Positions 48,216 through 58,447 are shown, counted from the first letter of the stretch. The stretch is 64,000 bases of DNA from Patescibacteria group bacterium (GCA_023473545.1 JAMCXO010000002.1:6340-70339); one strand, 5' to 3'. The notes: generated by a model not told the origin, from the letters alone. Numbers and translations are program-made.

Positions 48216-49259
48216 AACATACTTTGCTCCTTTTGTGCTTCCGTGCTTTTTGATAACCCCATGCTCTATCAATGCCTTAAGCTCATTTAAAATCGTATCC
48301 TCGGAAACCATTGGGAAAAGCATGTAGAATGCCTTATTCTGAAGATAGCCTGTTTCCTGAATATACTCGATGATTTTTAGCTGGCGCTCGGAAAGAAGAA
48401 CCGGTTTTCCGCCAAGTCTCTGCCTAAGCTTTCCGTCAACCGATATTCGCTCAACCTTTTCTTTTATTTTCGAAAGTTCGATCCCAAGACCCTTTGTGAA
48501 ATACTCAAGCCAGAGCGTTAAATCCCCGCCCTGGCTTTCAACGCTTTGTAATGCTCCATAATAACTATTGGCGTCTTTGTCAAAATACTCCTCGAGCGAG
48601 AAAAACTTTCTGATGTCATATCCTTCCATAAACAAAATAAGCGTTGATAACGCCCTCGCGACCCTGCCGTTACCATCTAAGAAGGGATGAATCCGCACGA
48701 GTTCATAATGAATAACTCCGGCTTTCAAAACAGGGTGTATAGTTTCCGCCGAAGACTCATCTACAAACGCAACTAAATCCGCGATTTGGGATTCTACCTG
48801 CTCGGATGGCGGAGGCCTAAAAGAAACCTCCAAGGTCTGATTATTTTTAATCACAACCTGCGTCTTTCTGTACTCTCCGCACTTTTCCCGCGGCAGAATT
48901 TTTTCCACAGTCATTCTATGCAATTTCCTAATCGTAGACTCCGTAATTCTTCCTTCCGTACTGCCGACTGCAAATTCCGAAATATAATCCATCACTTTTC
49001 TGTAATTTATAATCTCTTGAATATCACGCTCCCTGCCGATAACCTCCTGTCCCAAAATAACCCTTTCCGCCTGATCCAAGTTTAACCCATTGCCTTCTAT
49101 ATGGGTACCATAATGAACGGCTCGGACCAGGGCGCTGTCCCTAAACTGCTTTTCGTAAAAAGGTAAAAGAGGCGCGCCCTCAATAATTTCGCGGCATGCT
49201 TCAATAGCACCAATGTTTTTTAAAATTGCGTTGGTGATGGTAAATTTAGGCTGATACAT
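48210..49259 (-). CDS. Fic/DOC family protein (second copy in the window).
   Basis: HPFLDGNGRVARAL Fic motif and a C-terminal winged-helix-like region. Confidence 0.8.
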   Translation of the reverse strand: MYQPKFTITNAILKNIGAIEACREIIEGAPLLPFYEKQFRDSALVRAVHYGTHIEGNGLNLDQAERVILGQEVIGRERDIQEIINYRKVMDYISEFAVGSTEGRITESTIRKLHRMTVEKILPREKCGEYRKTQVVIKNNQTLEVSFRPPPSEQVESQIADLVAFVDESSAETIHPVLKAGVIHYELVRIHPFLDGNGRVARALSTLILFMEGYDIRKFFSLEEYFDKDANSYYGALQSVESQGGDLTLWLEYFTKGLGIELSKIKEKVERISVDGKLRQRLGGKPVLLSERQLKIIEYIQETGYLQNKAFYMLFPMVSEDTILNELKALIEHGVIKKHGSTKGAKYVL

Positions 49260-49273
49260 AAATCCTAAAATCT

Positions 49274-49573
49274 TTGATCTTTGATCCGATTTATTGTATT
49301 ATACCAACTATGAAAGCCAAGAAAAAACAGGAGAAAAAACTTCCCATAGAAGTGGTGCGCCAGATGCTCGTCCTTTCAACCAGCGGCTTTGGTTTGGTTG
49401 CCGCTTTGGCCTGGAATAATGTTATTCAGGAATTAGTCAATGACTACATTAAAAAATTGCTGCCTAAAGGCGGAAGCGCTATGTCGCTCTTAGTTTATGC
49501 CGTAGCTGTAACTGCCCTAGCTGTTTTTGTAACCTGGGAACTCTCTAAAATCATCGAGAGGCTGGAAAAATGA
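49274..49573 (+). CDS. Small membrane protein (one or two TM segments).
   Basis: Hydrophobic segments (LVLSTSGFGLVAALAWNNVI; LLVYAVAVTALAVFVTW). Confidence 0.4.
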   Translation: MIFDPIYCIIPTMKAKKKQEKKLPIEVVRQMLVLSTSGFGLVAALAWNNVIQELVNDYIKKLLPKGGSAMSLLVYAVAVTALAVFVTWELSKIIERLEK

Positions 49574-49577
49574 TCTT

Positions 49578-50462
49578 TTATAAAAAAGAGGCCATTATTT
49601 TAGGAATTTCATCTGCTAAATCCGAAGCGTTAAAGTAATATCCTACCCGTTTGAATAAACTATCTCCTGCCATTTTGTTAAAAAAACTACCGGCCAAGGC
49701 TGAAAGAAAGGCGCCGTTTTTACAGTAAAGCGCAGCCACCAGTCCGGATAGAACATCCCCTGTTCCGCCTTTTGTCATACCCGCGTTCCCGCCGTTGACC
49801 CCAGCGCATCCTTCGGTTGATGAACAAACAATATCATTCTGGCCTTTAAGCAAGATCACGCATTTGTACTTTCTCGCTATTTCTAAAACGACTGAATCAT
49901 GAATCAGGAATTTTGAATGATGGTTCTTATTCCTTATTCCTGATTCCTGATTTTTAATTCTTAATTCGTTCTCAAATAGAATCTCAAACTCCTTACGATG
50001 GGGCGTTAAAATGGCATTTCGAGGAATAATTCTAGGATCCATAACCTGAAGGCTCCCCCCGTCAATTATCCATTTTTTGCCGGGATATTTTTTTAAAAGA
50101 GTCTCCGTCAGCTTTTTTGTGTCGTCATCCCCCTCTTCCTGCCCTTCTAAACGCGGCAGGCCAGGACCGATCAAAACACAATCCGCCTCCTTGATATAAC
50201 TATCTATTTTGTCTCTGGGAACAATAATGCCGTCTCTAAATTCTTCTTTGCACCTCTGGACTATAGCGTTGTTTTCCGGGATAGAGGAGTAAAAAACCAT
50301 ATCAACAATTCTTGAAGCTATCTTTAAAGACCATAGAGACGCCGCGTGAAACAATCTTGATCCGCCAATAACAAGAAGCTTTCCGTTCTGTCCCTTGTGG
50401 GAATCTTTTCTCGGGAGATAGAGTTTCTTCAGTTCTTCCCTGCTAAATGGATACATAAACAA
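49578..50462 (-). CDS. nnr: ADP-dependent NAD(P)H-hydrate dehydratase (YjeF C-terminal domain family) with an internal low-complexity insertion.
   Basis: HKGQNGKLLVIGGS and GTGDVLSG motifs. The insertion (RIKNQESGIRNKNHHSKF) is encoded by the tandem micro-repeats at about 49900..49970. Confidence 0.7.
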   Translation of the reverse strand: MFMYPFSREELKKLYLPRKDSHKGQNGKLLVIGGSRLFHAASLWSLKIASRIVDMVFYSSIPENNAIVQRCKEEFRDGIIVPRDKIDSYIKEADCVLIGPGLPRLEGQEEGDDDTKKLTETLLKKYPGKKWIIDGGSLQVMDPRIIPRNAILTPHRKEFEILFENELRIKNQESGIRNKNHHSKFLIHDSVVLEIARKYKCVILLKGQNDIVCSSTEGCAGVNGGNAGMTKGGTGDVLSGLVAALYCKNGAFLSALAGSFFNKMAGDSLFKRVGYYFNASDLADEIPKIMASFL

Positions 50463-50501
50463 ATGCTCCTCCTGTCCAATATACTAGCATACCGGAAGCA
50501 C

Positions 50502-51509
50502 TTAATGCTGAAGGCTTAGAAAGCGTTCGACCTCCAAGGCGGCCATACAGCCAAAACCGGCCGCTGTTATCGCCTGTTTATATAAACTGTCATGAACGTC
50601 CCCTGCCACAAAAACGCCCTCTATGTTTGTCTTCGTATGATCATAAACCTTAATGAAACCCTTCTCATCCGCGTCTATACCCTGAAAAACTTTTGAATTC
50701 GGAATATGTCCGATTGCGACAAACACTCCGTCAGCCGGCATTTCCCAGGCTATTGTCTGGTCTTGAACTGCCAGTGCTTGACCCCCCATTTCCTCAGGCA
50801 AAATTTCTTTTTCTTGGTTTTGGGTTTTGATCTCTATCTTTGATCTTTGATCTTTGATCTTTGATCTTATTTGAACCTTCTCCACCTTCCTCTCCCCCAG
50901 TATTTCCGCAATCTCGCTGTTAAATATAACCTTGATTTTAGAGCTGTTAAACACCTTCTCCTGCATGACGGCGGACGCGCGAAAAGCATCTTTTCTATGA
51001 ATAAGGATCACCTCGCTGGCAAATTTTGTTAGAACCAGCGCCTCTTCCATTGCACTGTCTCCACCTCCTACAACTATAACCTTTTTGTTTCTGAAAAAAG
51101 GGGCATCGCATGGAGCACAGGTTGATACCCCTTTGCCAACTTTCTCCTTTTCGCCCGGAACCCCAAGCCATTTTGTATCGGCTCCTGTGGCGATAATAAC
51201 CGATCTTCCCTCGTAGGCTTTTCCCGCAACGGAAATCGCGAATGGAGATTTGGAAAAAGCAGTTTGAGAGAAATCTTCGTCCAGAAACCGCGCCCCAAGT
51301 CTTTCCGCTTGCTTTCGCATCGCTGTCATTAACTCAGGCCCCTGAATTCCTTCCGGGAAACCGGGAAAGTTTTCAACAAGAGTCGTCAGCATTAACTGCC
51401 CGCCCCATTTTGCTCCGGCTATAACTAGTGTCCTAAGATTGGCGCGGGTGGCATAGATAGCGGCAGTTAAACCCGCGGGGCCGGAACCGATGATAATAAC
51501 GTCATGCAT
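50502..51509 (-). CDS. trxB: Thioredoxin-disulfide reductase with an insertion of about 20 aa encoded by a heptamer repeat.
   Basis: FAD motif GSGPAGLTAA, redox-active CAPC, NADPH motif GGGDSAMEEA, and an extra KIKDQRSKIEIKTQNQEKE segment. Confidence 0.9.
   Translation of the reverse strand: MHDVIIIGSGPAGLTAAIYATRANLRTLVIAGAKWGGQLMLTTLVENFPGFPEGIQGPELMTAMRKQAERLGARFLDEDFSQTAFSKSPFAISVAGKAYEGRSVIIATGADTKWLGVPGEKEKVGKGVSTCAPCDAPFFRNKKVIVVGGGDSAMEEALVLTKFASEVILIHRKDAFRASAVMQEKVFNSSKIKVIFNSEIAEILGERKVEKVQIRSKIKDQRSKIEIKTQNQEKEILPEEMGGQALAVQDQTIAWEMPADGVFVAIGHIPNSKVFQGIDADEKGFIKVYDHTKTNIEGVFVAGDVHDSLYKQAITAAGFGCMAALEVERFLSLQH
50838..50865 (-). repeat. Tandem heptanucleotide repeat (CTTTGAT)x4 (+ strand) inside trxB, encoding SKIKDQR-type repeats in frame.
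   Basis: Seen directly in the sequence. Confidence 0.8.
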
Positions 51510-51552
51510 AAAAAACCAAAATCAAAACGCGAAGTGCTGAATCTTTGATTTG

Positions 51553-51879
51553 TTACGAAGCTAAAACCTCTTCTATTTCCTTCTTAAAGTTTTCTTTGCT
51601 TTGGGCCCCAACCATGGTCTTTATCGGCTTGCCATCTCTGAAGATAATAAGACTTGGAATACTCATTACCGCGTAACGAGAAGCTGTTTGCGAATTCTCA
51701 TCTACGTTGAGTTTTCCCACCTTTAATTTATCCTGATACTCCTTGGCCAGCTCTTCAACAATAGGAGAAACCATTCTGCAGGGGCCGCACCATGGAGCCC
51801 AAAAATCAACCAGAACAGGAAGCTTACTCTGCAAAACTTCCTGATCAAAACTAGAGTCGGTAATTACAAAATCCGCCAT
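51553..51879 (-). CDS. trxA: Thioredoxin.
   Basis: WAPWCGPCR active site; 108 aa. Confidence 0.9.
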   Translation of the reverse strand: MADFVITDSSFDQEVLQSKLPVLVDFWAPWCGPCRMVSPIVEELAKEYQDKLKVGKLNVDENSQTASRYAVMSIPSLIIFRDGKPIKTMVGAQSKENFKKEIEEVLAS

Positions 51880-51971
51880 TTATAAATTAACAATAGCAAA
51901 ATCTTTCTTTTCTGTCAACGGAAAAAATTAAACCGGAGGTATATTGGAGGAAAAAAGGGGTATATCCGGTA

Positions 51972-53558
51972 TTAAAAGGATGAAAGCTCTTCCCGTTTTG
52001 TGCGCAAAAACAAAAACCACTGCTCAAAGAATGAAAACAAACCCTTAAAAGGGGCTTCTATTAAGAAATCAAAGACAAAAAGAACAATACTTATCTGCGA
52101 TACTCCCTCTGTTAAATTTCGGCCAACCCGAACTATAGGCATAAAGAAAAAATCAATAAGGGGCGTTAAAAGACTTTGTTTCTCCAAAACATTATACATA
52201 TTCGCGGTTAAGATTATTCTGTAAGACAAAAAAGATACCACTGCTAAAAAAAGAAGGAATACTCCTTGGCTCACAATATTAAAATGAAGCTTGGTCAAGA
52301 TAAAAACTATTGCCCCAAAAGAAACAAAGAAGGCCAGAAACCATAAAAATGTAAAAACAATGTTTAATAAGGGCTGTTTTTGGTCTTTTCTTCCTTTAAT
52401 AACCAAAGGGTCGCCAAGAACTGGACTATCTTCATATAAAACTTCTTCTATAATCTTTAGTATTGCCCTAGAATTGTCATCTGCCGGAATACGGATAGAG
52501 ACCCCAACCAACACCATAAGAAAAGACGGCATGGCAATGTTCAAAAGCATAGACCCTAGAAAAACTTGTCCGTAGAAAATCCTTTCATAGGTTGACTCTA
52601 CTAAAATCGCGATTAGGGCCTTTGTTAAAAGAACAAAGGTAACGCTTCTCACAACCGCCCGTCTAACCTTGGAGGCAATCCCTTGATATCTTACCCTACA
52701 AAGGCCAAAGATTACCTGCTTCAATAAACTCGTATCTCCTACCAAAACCCTAATATTCCCTCTTTGGGTAGAAAGCGCATCCTCTAAAATCAGAAAGGGA
52801 GGGGTTCTTCTTTTGATATAAGAATAAATACTATCTTTAGCCGGATAGTAAATCTGCCTATTTATTTCTTTATATCCTGCCATAAAGTTGGCGGCAATCT
52901 TTTCAAGATTATCTTTTGTCCGTTCTCCAAAAAACTGTCTAAATAATTGATATCTTAAAAAAGCAATATCGTCTCTGTTGAATGCTTTTCTAATTGCCAA
53001 AAGAACCTGGGCGTCCCTTGTTTCGGTTGTTTCATCCAAAAGAGTAACATGATATCTCAAAATTTGAAACATAAAACTTGCCATAATTTCCCTTTCGGTA
53101 TTGGGGTTTACAATATGGGCAATGTCTGAGGAGACAAGCTGATAAATCCATTCGTTTATTGTTCTTTCCCGTAGTATTTCTTTTTTAATAAGAGACTGCC
53201 TAAGGGTCAAATAATAATTGATTGATTGATTAACCTCCTCTACGATTTTACCGCCTATCTGGCCATCGGGGATATAACGCGCCCATAGTAATTCGCGAAG
53301 CAAGGGTTCTGCTATGCTACTAGGATTTCCTCCGAGAAGAAGACGTCTTTTAAGGATTCTTTCAATAGCCGATCTTAGAATAACCTCCTCTTCTCTATAC
53401 TCCATGACATTGCGAAGTTTTTCGTATAAATAGGCTATTTGGGAAACAATGGGGTTTACTTTAAGCTTTGTTTCGTTATCGTGCGGCTCTTCTCTTTCAA
53501 AAGCAGAAATAAGTACATTTGCCAATCTCGCAAGGGGCTTGGTATCTTCTGTCGCCAT
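51972..53558 (-). CDS. Hypothetical protein with a soluble N-terminal half and a polytopic C-terminal membrane half.
   Basis: ORF plus hydrophobicity pattern; no family recognised. Confidence 0.45.
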   Translation of the reverse strand: MATEDTKPLARLANVLISAFEREEPHDNETKLKVNPIVSQIAYLYEKLRNVMEYREEEVILRSAIERILKRRLLLGGNPSSIAEPLLRELLWARYIPDGQIGGKIVEEVNQSINYYLTLRQSLIKKEILRERTINEWIYQLVSSDIAHIVNPNTEREIMASFMFQILRYHVTLLDETTETRDAQVLLAIRKAFNRDDIAFLRYQLFRQFFGERTKDNLEKIAANFMAGYKEINRQIYYPAKDSIYSYIKRRTPPFLILEDALSTQRGNIRVLVGDTSLLKQVIFGLCRVRYQGIASKVRRAVVRSVTFVLLTKALIAILVESTYERIFYGQVFLGSMLLNIAMPSFLMVLVGVSIRIPADDNSRAILKIIEEVLYEDSPVLGDPLVIKGRKDQKQPLLNIVFTFLWFLAFFVSFGAIVFILTKLHFNIVSQGVFLLFLAVVSFLSYRIILTANMYNVLEKQSLLTPLIDFFFMPIVRVGRNLTEGVSQISIVLFVFDFLIEAPFKGLFSFFEQWFLFLRTKREELSSF

Positions 53559-53582
53559 GGGGGTTATTATATACTAAGATCT

Positions 53583-54158
53583 TTAACCTTGCAGAGCCTC
53601 TGCTTCTTCTTTAGAGAATTCCTTCTTTTTGCCAATACCTGCTAACGGCAGGATAAATCTATCCAGCCCCCACCATCCGGCGGTTCTTGAGGCAAAAATT
53701 AAGAGAAGCTCCAAGACAAAGAGTATCGGGTTGGTGCTGACAGTACCTGCCAAAAGATAATTCATATTCATAAACGCACCAAAAAAAGCCGCAATGCCCG
53801 TAAAGATTCCCAAGATAAGGGCTATCCCAACTAAAACTTCTCCATAGGATACCAAATAGGAAAAAATTGTAAGATTATGCATCACCAGTCCTGTTAGAAA
53901 TTGCGCATACCAACCCTGTACCTGTGGATGCGCTCCCCCTGTCTTGGCTAGAGCACCAACAAGAAAACCATGCAAGGCAACTCCTGTCTTAGAGCCGACC
54001 CAGACAGGACTCTGAACTTTTTCTATCCCCGCCGAGAGCCATTCCCAGCCGACATAAAGCCTGACTATAGCCCAAAACCAGGCAAAGGACATATTAGCAA
54101 ATAAAAACCTGGACAATCCGGACTCGGGTATCTCTGTTGCGTTAGGTTTTTTATCCAT
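53583..54158 (-). CDS. DoxX-family membrane protein.
   Basis: Four TM segments with a DoxX-like N-terminal region (RLYVGWEWLSAGIEKV). Confidence 0.5.
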   Translation of the reverse strand: MDKKPNATEIPESGLSRFLFANMSFAWFWAIVRLYVGWEWLSAGIEKVQSPVWVGSKTGVALHGFLVGALAKTGGAHPQVQGWYAQFLTGLVMHNLTIFSYLVSYGEVLVGIALILGIFTGIAAFFGAFMNMNYLLAGTVSTNPILFVLELLLIFASRTAGWWGLDRFILPLAGIGKKKEFSKEEAEALQG

Positions 54159-54392
54159 CTTGAGAACTTCCTTGCTATTTTTCTTTCTCTATCTTTTTCC
54201 AAAGCCAGACACCAAGAAGTATTAAGTCAACCAGAATAATTATCTGAAAAATTAATCCTGTTAATAAACCTGCTCCGTTTCCCCATCCCCACATCATATT
54301 TATCACCCTTTTTACAGTATTTCCTATATAGAAGGGTTTGTCAATATACAGATCGTGTTTTGACGGGGGCGAAGACTACTTCCTGCCCGGAA

Positions 54393-54755
54393 TTATTGAG
54401 AGAAAGAAGAAGTATCCTGACTGTTCCGGGTAATCCCGGTTGATATTTGCGACATATCGGTTGAGTCAAGCGTTTGCATTGCCTCATTAAGATTCTGCTT
54501 GGTATTTATGGGTTGTGGGGTTACCTGTTGAATTTGATTTTGTAGAGCTTGCTGGGTTTGCCCTCGCGGTGTTTGCACTGGCTGATACTGTCTAATTTGC
54601 CCCCGAGGTTGCGCGGTTCCAGTCTGTTTGCCTACCATCACCATAACTATCACAAAAAGAATCGCTACTGTCCCAAGAGAAAAGGCAATTATTGTATATA
54701 AGCCCTTGTGGCTGTGCACTTCTGTTGGTATGGTTGATTGTATTTGTTCGTCCAT
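54393..54755 (-). CDS. Hypothetical membrane-anchored Q-rich protein (GC-rich insert).
   Basis: ORF with one TM segment; local GC is about 50% against a 35-38% background. Confidence 0.4.
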   Translation of the reverse strand: MDEQIQSTIPTEVHSHKGLYTIIAFSLGTVAILFVIVMVMVGKQTGTAQPRGQIRQYQPVQTPRGQTQQALQNQIQQVTPQPINTKQNLNEAMQTLDSTDMSQISTGITRNSQDTSSFSQ

Positions 54756-54757
54756 AG

Positions 54758-55546
54758 TTATGGTGTTAATGTCACGCTTGGCGTAACTCCCGATGTTTCA
54801 GCTGGACTACTTGACGATGTTGCGCTCGGCGCTCCATTTGAATTTATGCTCGGCAGCGTTCTGACTGCGACAATAAGGTTTTTAATGGAGGTTCTATAAT
54901 CTTCCAATCCTTTAAGCACTGCCTGCATGTCTGTTCTGTACTGGGTCATTAATGCCCCCGGATTATTGCCGGTACAGGAAAAGCCGGTTACATCAGATTG
55001 GGCCGCTACAACTAACGGCGTAAGAGTGTTTTCTCTGGTGGCAATATCCGCAACAAGAGAATCATAGGACGGAAGGGTTGTTCCTGAGGGAACAACCTTT
55101 GTCAGATAATACCGCTCAACTCCTTGAGCGATTGACGTAAAGGTTTTCTCCATTTGCGTTGCTAAACCAACCAGATGTGTTGAACGATGAACAAGCACCT
55201 TCTCAATACGCTGGCATGCTTGAAGTCTTCTTCCCTGTAAATGATTTTGCGCAAAGGCAGGCACATGAACTACGGCCTGCTGCTGCATGCTGTCTGACTG
55301 TTGAAGCGGTTGGCCATTTTGGCCTGCCGGCGCGGAGGCTGCTTGTCCTTCCTGTTGAGACCTATATCCGTCTCCCTGGCTATTTGGTCTATTAAAACCG
55401 GGATTAGCGTAACCTACGCCTTGGGGCCTACCAAAGGCTAAAACTTGATTTACAAATATAAAAACAGGGATAAGAAAAAGAAGGATTGGAATATATAAGA
55501 AGCGCTTATAAAAGAACTCTCTCATGTATTTAGCATACAATGCCAA
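54758..55546 (-). CDS. Hypothetical secreted/membrane-anchored protein (GC-rich insert).
   Basis: N-terminal TM/signal segment, then a Q/G/S-rich linker and a globular domain; elevated GC. Confidence 0.4.
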   Translation of the reverse strand: MALYAKYMREFFYKRFLYIPILLFLIPVFIFVNQVLAFGRPQGVGYANPGFNRPNSQGDGYRSQQEGQAASAPAGQNGQPLQQSDSMQQQAVVHVPAFAQNHLQGRRLQACQRIEKVLVHRSTHLVGLATQMEKTFTSIAQGVERYYLTKVVPSGTTLPSYDSLVADIATRENTLTPLVVAAQSDVTGFSCTGNNPGALMTQYRTDMQAVLKGLEDYRTSIKNLIVAVRTLPSINSNGAPSATSSSSPAETSGVTPSVTLTP

Positions 55547-55568
55547 TCATTCGGTGTCAAGCTTTTCG

Positions 55569-57848
55569 TCAAAAAATCTTGAATATCTTAGTTTGGCCTT
55601 TTTCAAAAACAATCTTTCCCAATTTATAAAATTTATTCTCGTTAAGATTGGGGTATTTCTGTCTCTCTAAATCTCCGATGAAAATATATTTTATATTATA
55701 TTTCTTAAGAAGGCTTTTGGTTAGTTTTAAATTATTCTCCTCATATAAATTCTTTACATCCGGTATTCTTGCAGCAGGAATATTGTAGGTTCCCCGCCAT
55801 AACCATTCGTGAACAGTCCAGCCCAAAACAGTGGGAATGCCCGTGTTTGCCGAAACCCTGGCGTAATCGGTATACGAATCCCCTTGGGCCTCCAAGATTA
55901 CCGGCTGTCCCTTAACATGCGCATTTAACCACTGTATAGCCTCATAATCACTGGGGTAAAGATCTTTAAGATAGGCTGTTCCATTTAAACCATGATAGGT
56001 CTTAAGATTATCATAATAAGAATTTATGGCAAAATAAGGATAGATTGATACCAAAAATAGACCGATGCCTCCTATAAGTATTGCCGCTAATTGCCAGTAA
56101 TTTACTCTTTTCTTTAGGCCTTCTTTAAAATCGGAAATTATTCTTGTTATGGCATAGGCAGAGGCTATCGAAAGCATAATAAAGGCCTGATAAACAAGTT
56201 TAAACATGGTATTTGCCCTAAAATAGGTTGTATAAATATCTTTCAGATAAAAAAATTCAGGCGCAATAATAAGAACGCTTGAAAAAAGAATTAAAATTAA
56301 AACAAAAAGATCAGAAGGGGGAAAATTTTTAATTCTAAACTTAAAATTTTCAATCAAATTCAAATGATTAAATTTTAATTCTTTAAAAACTTTTGAGTTT
56401 TGATTTTTGATTTTAACAATAATAAACAAAGCCGCCCAAAAATAGAAAAAGCCGTATAAAATAAATAATTGCCAGACAGGAGAAGTCTGGCAGTAATTTT
56501 TTTCGAAAAGAAAGGGCCCTATTTTGCCGATTTTTGTTAAAAAATGGGGGGCACAGTTAATGCCGATACCGGAAACAAAGGGTTTAAAATTGACATTGAA
56601 AGGCAAAGAAAAAATAAAAAAGCAAATAGCAATCAGCAGCAAATAAATAATAAATGTGTAAATCTTTGATTTTAAATTTCTAATTTTAAATGAGTCCATA
56701 ATTCTTAATTCATAATTCTTAATTCGTGGGGGTTCGGAAGAAGGATCTATTAAGATAAGATACCCCAAAACTAAAAAGGCAAGAAGAAAGTAGATCAACC
56801 CGTCCCAGGCATTTGTCATATACATCACCGCTAATAAAAAGCTTATTAGGGGAATTTGTAGTCTTAAATTTCTAATTTTTAATGGATGCTCAAGGTTTAA
56901 GTTTTTAAATAACGACAGTAAAACGGCAATTATCAAAAGCACAAATGGAACATCTAAAACATGTCCATGAAGATCCGAGACCACAAAAGAATAAATAGGA
57001 AATTCATGAATCGTGTGGTAAATAAACCGGGTCGCGTTAGGATACCAGTAATTATTCGGGAAGGTAAAAGGAGAAAACGGCATTTGCCAAAAAGGAAGAG
57101 GATTGTTCGAATTATAGCCCGAAAAGAAAGAGTATATTGTTTGGAGATTTCCTGCAAAAGAAACTAAAAACGCAGTTAGCAATCCCCCCATTACAACTTT
57201 TGAATTTTGAGTTGTGTTTTTAAGTTTACTAATCAAGTTGGCGCCAATCGAAAATGACTCCATAAACGTCAAGGCAAATAAAGTAGCAATCATTAAATTA
57301 AAAGTAATATTGGAAGGTATGTTTGAAATTTTGGTTAATACCGCTGTTACTAAATGTCCAAAATAATAATAATTTATGGGAAGAGGCGTAAACCACATAT
57401 CTTTTGGCGGGAAATAGGTGCTTCGTAAAATTGAATTAAGAAAACCAAAATCCATGAATTTTTCAAGTCCATGGATATCCGGCTGATGGGCTCTGATATA
57501 AACCCAAAATAAAAAAGAGGCTAAAAATAAAATTTCCTCCAGTAAATAAATCGGCCGGTTTTTTTTATAAATCACAAAGTAATCTTCTTTTTTCATAATT
57601 AAAAAATTGATAATCGCGAAAAAGGAAAGGAGCATAATAAGACTGGGTTTATTAAAGGCAAGAATATGCGCTACGCCCAAAACGAAAATGGCATAAGATA
57701 TAATAGCCGCGCCGATTATCTTTGAAAAAATATATCCGTTGTCAAAAAGATTCCTTAAGAAGAAAAAAGTAAAAGGCAGAAAGATACTGCCCACCAAGAA
57801 TAAAATAAACCACCAAGTAAGGGCGTTAATTAAATCGGCTATAGGCAT
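55569..57848 (-). CDS. DUF2298 / Chlor_Arch_YYY-family polytopic membrane protein (putative glycosyltransferase), with three in-frame low-complexity insertions.
   Basis: The PINYYYFGHL motif lies in the N-terminal third, alongside many TM helices and a C-terminal soluble domain (YTDYARVSANTGIPTVLGW). The insertions are encoded by tandem micro-repeats at about 56300..56420, 56640..56730 and 56850..56890. Confidence 0.6.
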   Translation of the reverse strand: MPIADLINALTWWFILFLVGSIFLPFTFFFLRNLFDNGYIFSKIIGAAIISYAIFVLGVAHILAFNKPSLIMLLSFFAIINFLIMKKEDYFVIYKKNRPIYLLEEILFLASFLFWVYIRAHQPDIHGLEKFMDFGFLNSILRSTYFPPKDMWFTPLPINYYYFGHLVTAVLTKISNIPSNITFNLMIATLFALTFMESFSIGANLISKLKNTTQNSKVVMGGLLTAFLVSFAGNLQTIYSFFSGYNSNNPLPFWQMPFSPFTFPNNYWYPNATRFIYHTIHEFPIYSFVVSDLHGHVLDVPFVLLIIAVLLSLFKNLNLEHPLKIRNLRLQIPLISFLLAVMYMTNAWDGLIYFLLAFLVLGYLILIDPSSEPPRIKNYELRIMDSFKIRNLKSKIYTFIIYLLLIAICFFIFSLPFNVNFKPFVSGIGINCAPHFLTKIGKIGPFLFEKNYCQTSPVWQLFILYGFFYFWAALFIIVKIKNQNSKVFKELKFNHLNLIENFKFRIKNFPPSDLFVLILILFSSVLIIAPEFFYLKDIYTTYFRANTMFKLVYQAFIMLSIASAYAITRIISDFKEGLKKRVNYWQLAAILIGGIGLFLVSIYPYFAINSYYDNLKTYHGLNGTAYLKDLYPSDYEAIQWLNAHVKGQPVILEAQGDSYTDYARVSANTGIPTVLGWTVHEWLWRGTYNIPAARIPDVKNLYEENNLKLTKSLLKKYNIKYIFIGDLERQKYPNLNENKFYKLGKIVFEKGQTKIFKIF

Positions 57849-57871
57849 AAATTTCTCCTGATGATTCTAGA

Positions 57872-58447
57872 TTAAGACAAACCCTGATTTAATCGAGGGA
57901 GAATATCTTTGATTGACGTAACGGCAAAAAGATTATTCTTTATTTTCCCATACTTTCTATTATTGAGCCAAAAAAGATTTAGCTGCGGATTCTTCTCCGA
58001 TAGATAGTCAACCAGATCAAAATCATCGTCAACGTAGGAAGAAAGGGAAAGCTTTTTAATAATTTTATCTTTAAATATATGGGGCTGCTCATTAGCAAAG
58101 TTAAAATACATCCCGCTAAAAATCTCGCCAAGTTTATCTCTTGCTATAATCTCATCGGTCTTTTCTCTTAAAAAGGCGAACCTTCCTGAGATAAGATACA
58201 ATTTATTTATATTATCCTTCCCTTTTAATTGCCTTACAAAGGCTATATTATCTTGCAAGGGCTGTCTAAAGATCGAGTAATGTATCAAAAGTCTTAAGTA
58301 GGCTTCCGGCTTTGATGGAATTCGATAAGCAAGTTTTCCGTTTTTATTTTTATAAAACCTGTCTATAACTGTCTCCGGTACAAAAGGCGGGTAATCAACT
58401 AAAACCCTGTCTAAATCAAAACCTATATTCATATCAATTTTGATCAT
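57872..58447 (-). CDS. HAD-superfamily hydrolase.
   Basis: Motif I FDLDRVL (DxD) and motif IV YVDDD. Confidence 0.5.
   Translation of the reverse strand: MIKIDMNIGFDLDRVLVDYPPFVPETVIDRFYKNKNGKLAYRIPSKPEAYLRLLIHYSIFRQPLQDNIAFVRQLKGKDNINKLYLISGRFAFLREKTDEIIARDKLGEIFSGMYFNFANEQPHIFKDKIIKKLSLSSYVDDDFDLVDYLSEKNPQLNLFWLNNRKYGKIKNNLFAVTSIKDILPRLNQGLS

Noticed and set aside
40780-56890. Whether the dispersed short tandem repeats are a CRISPR array.
   Set aside because: The units are 7 nt, contiguous and without unique spacers of uniform length. They sit inside reading frames and there are no cas genes. They are not a CRISPR array.
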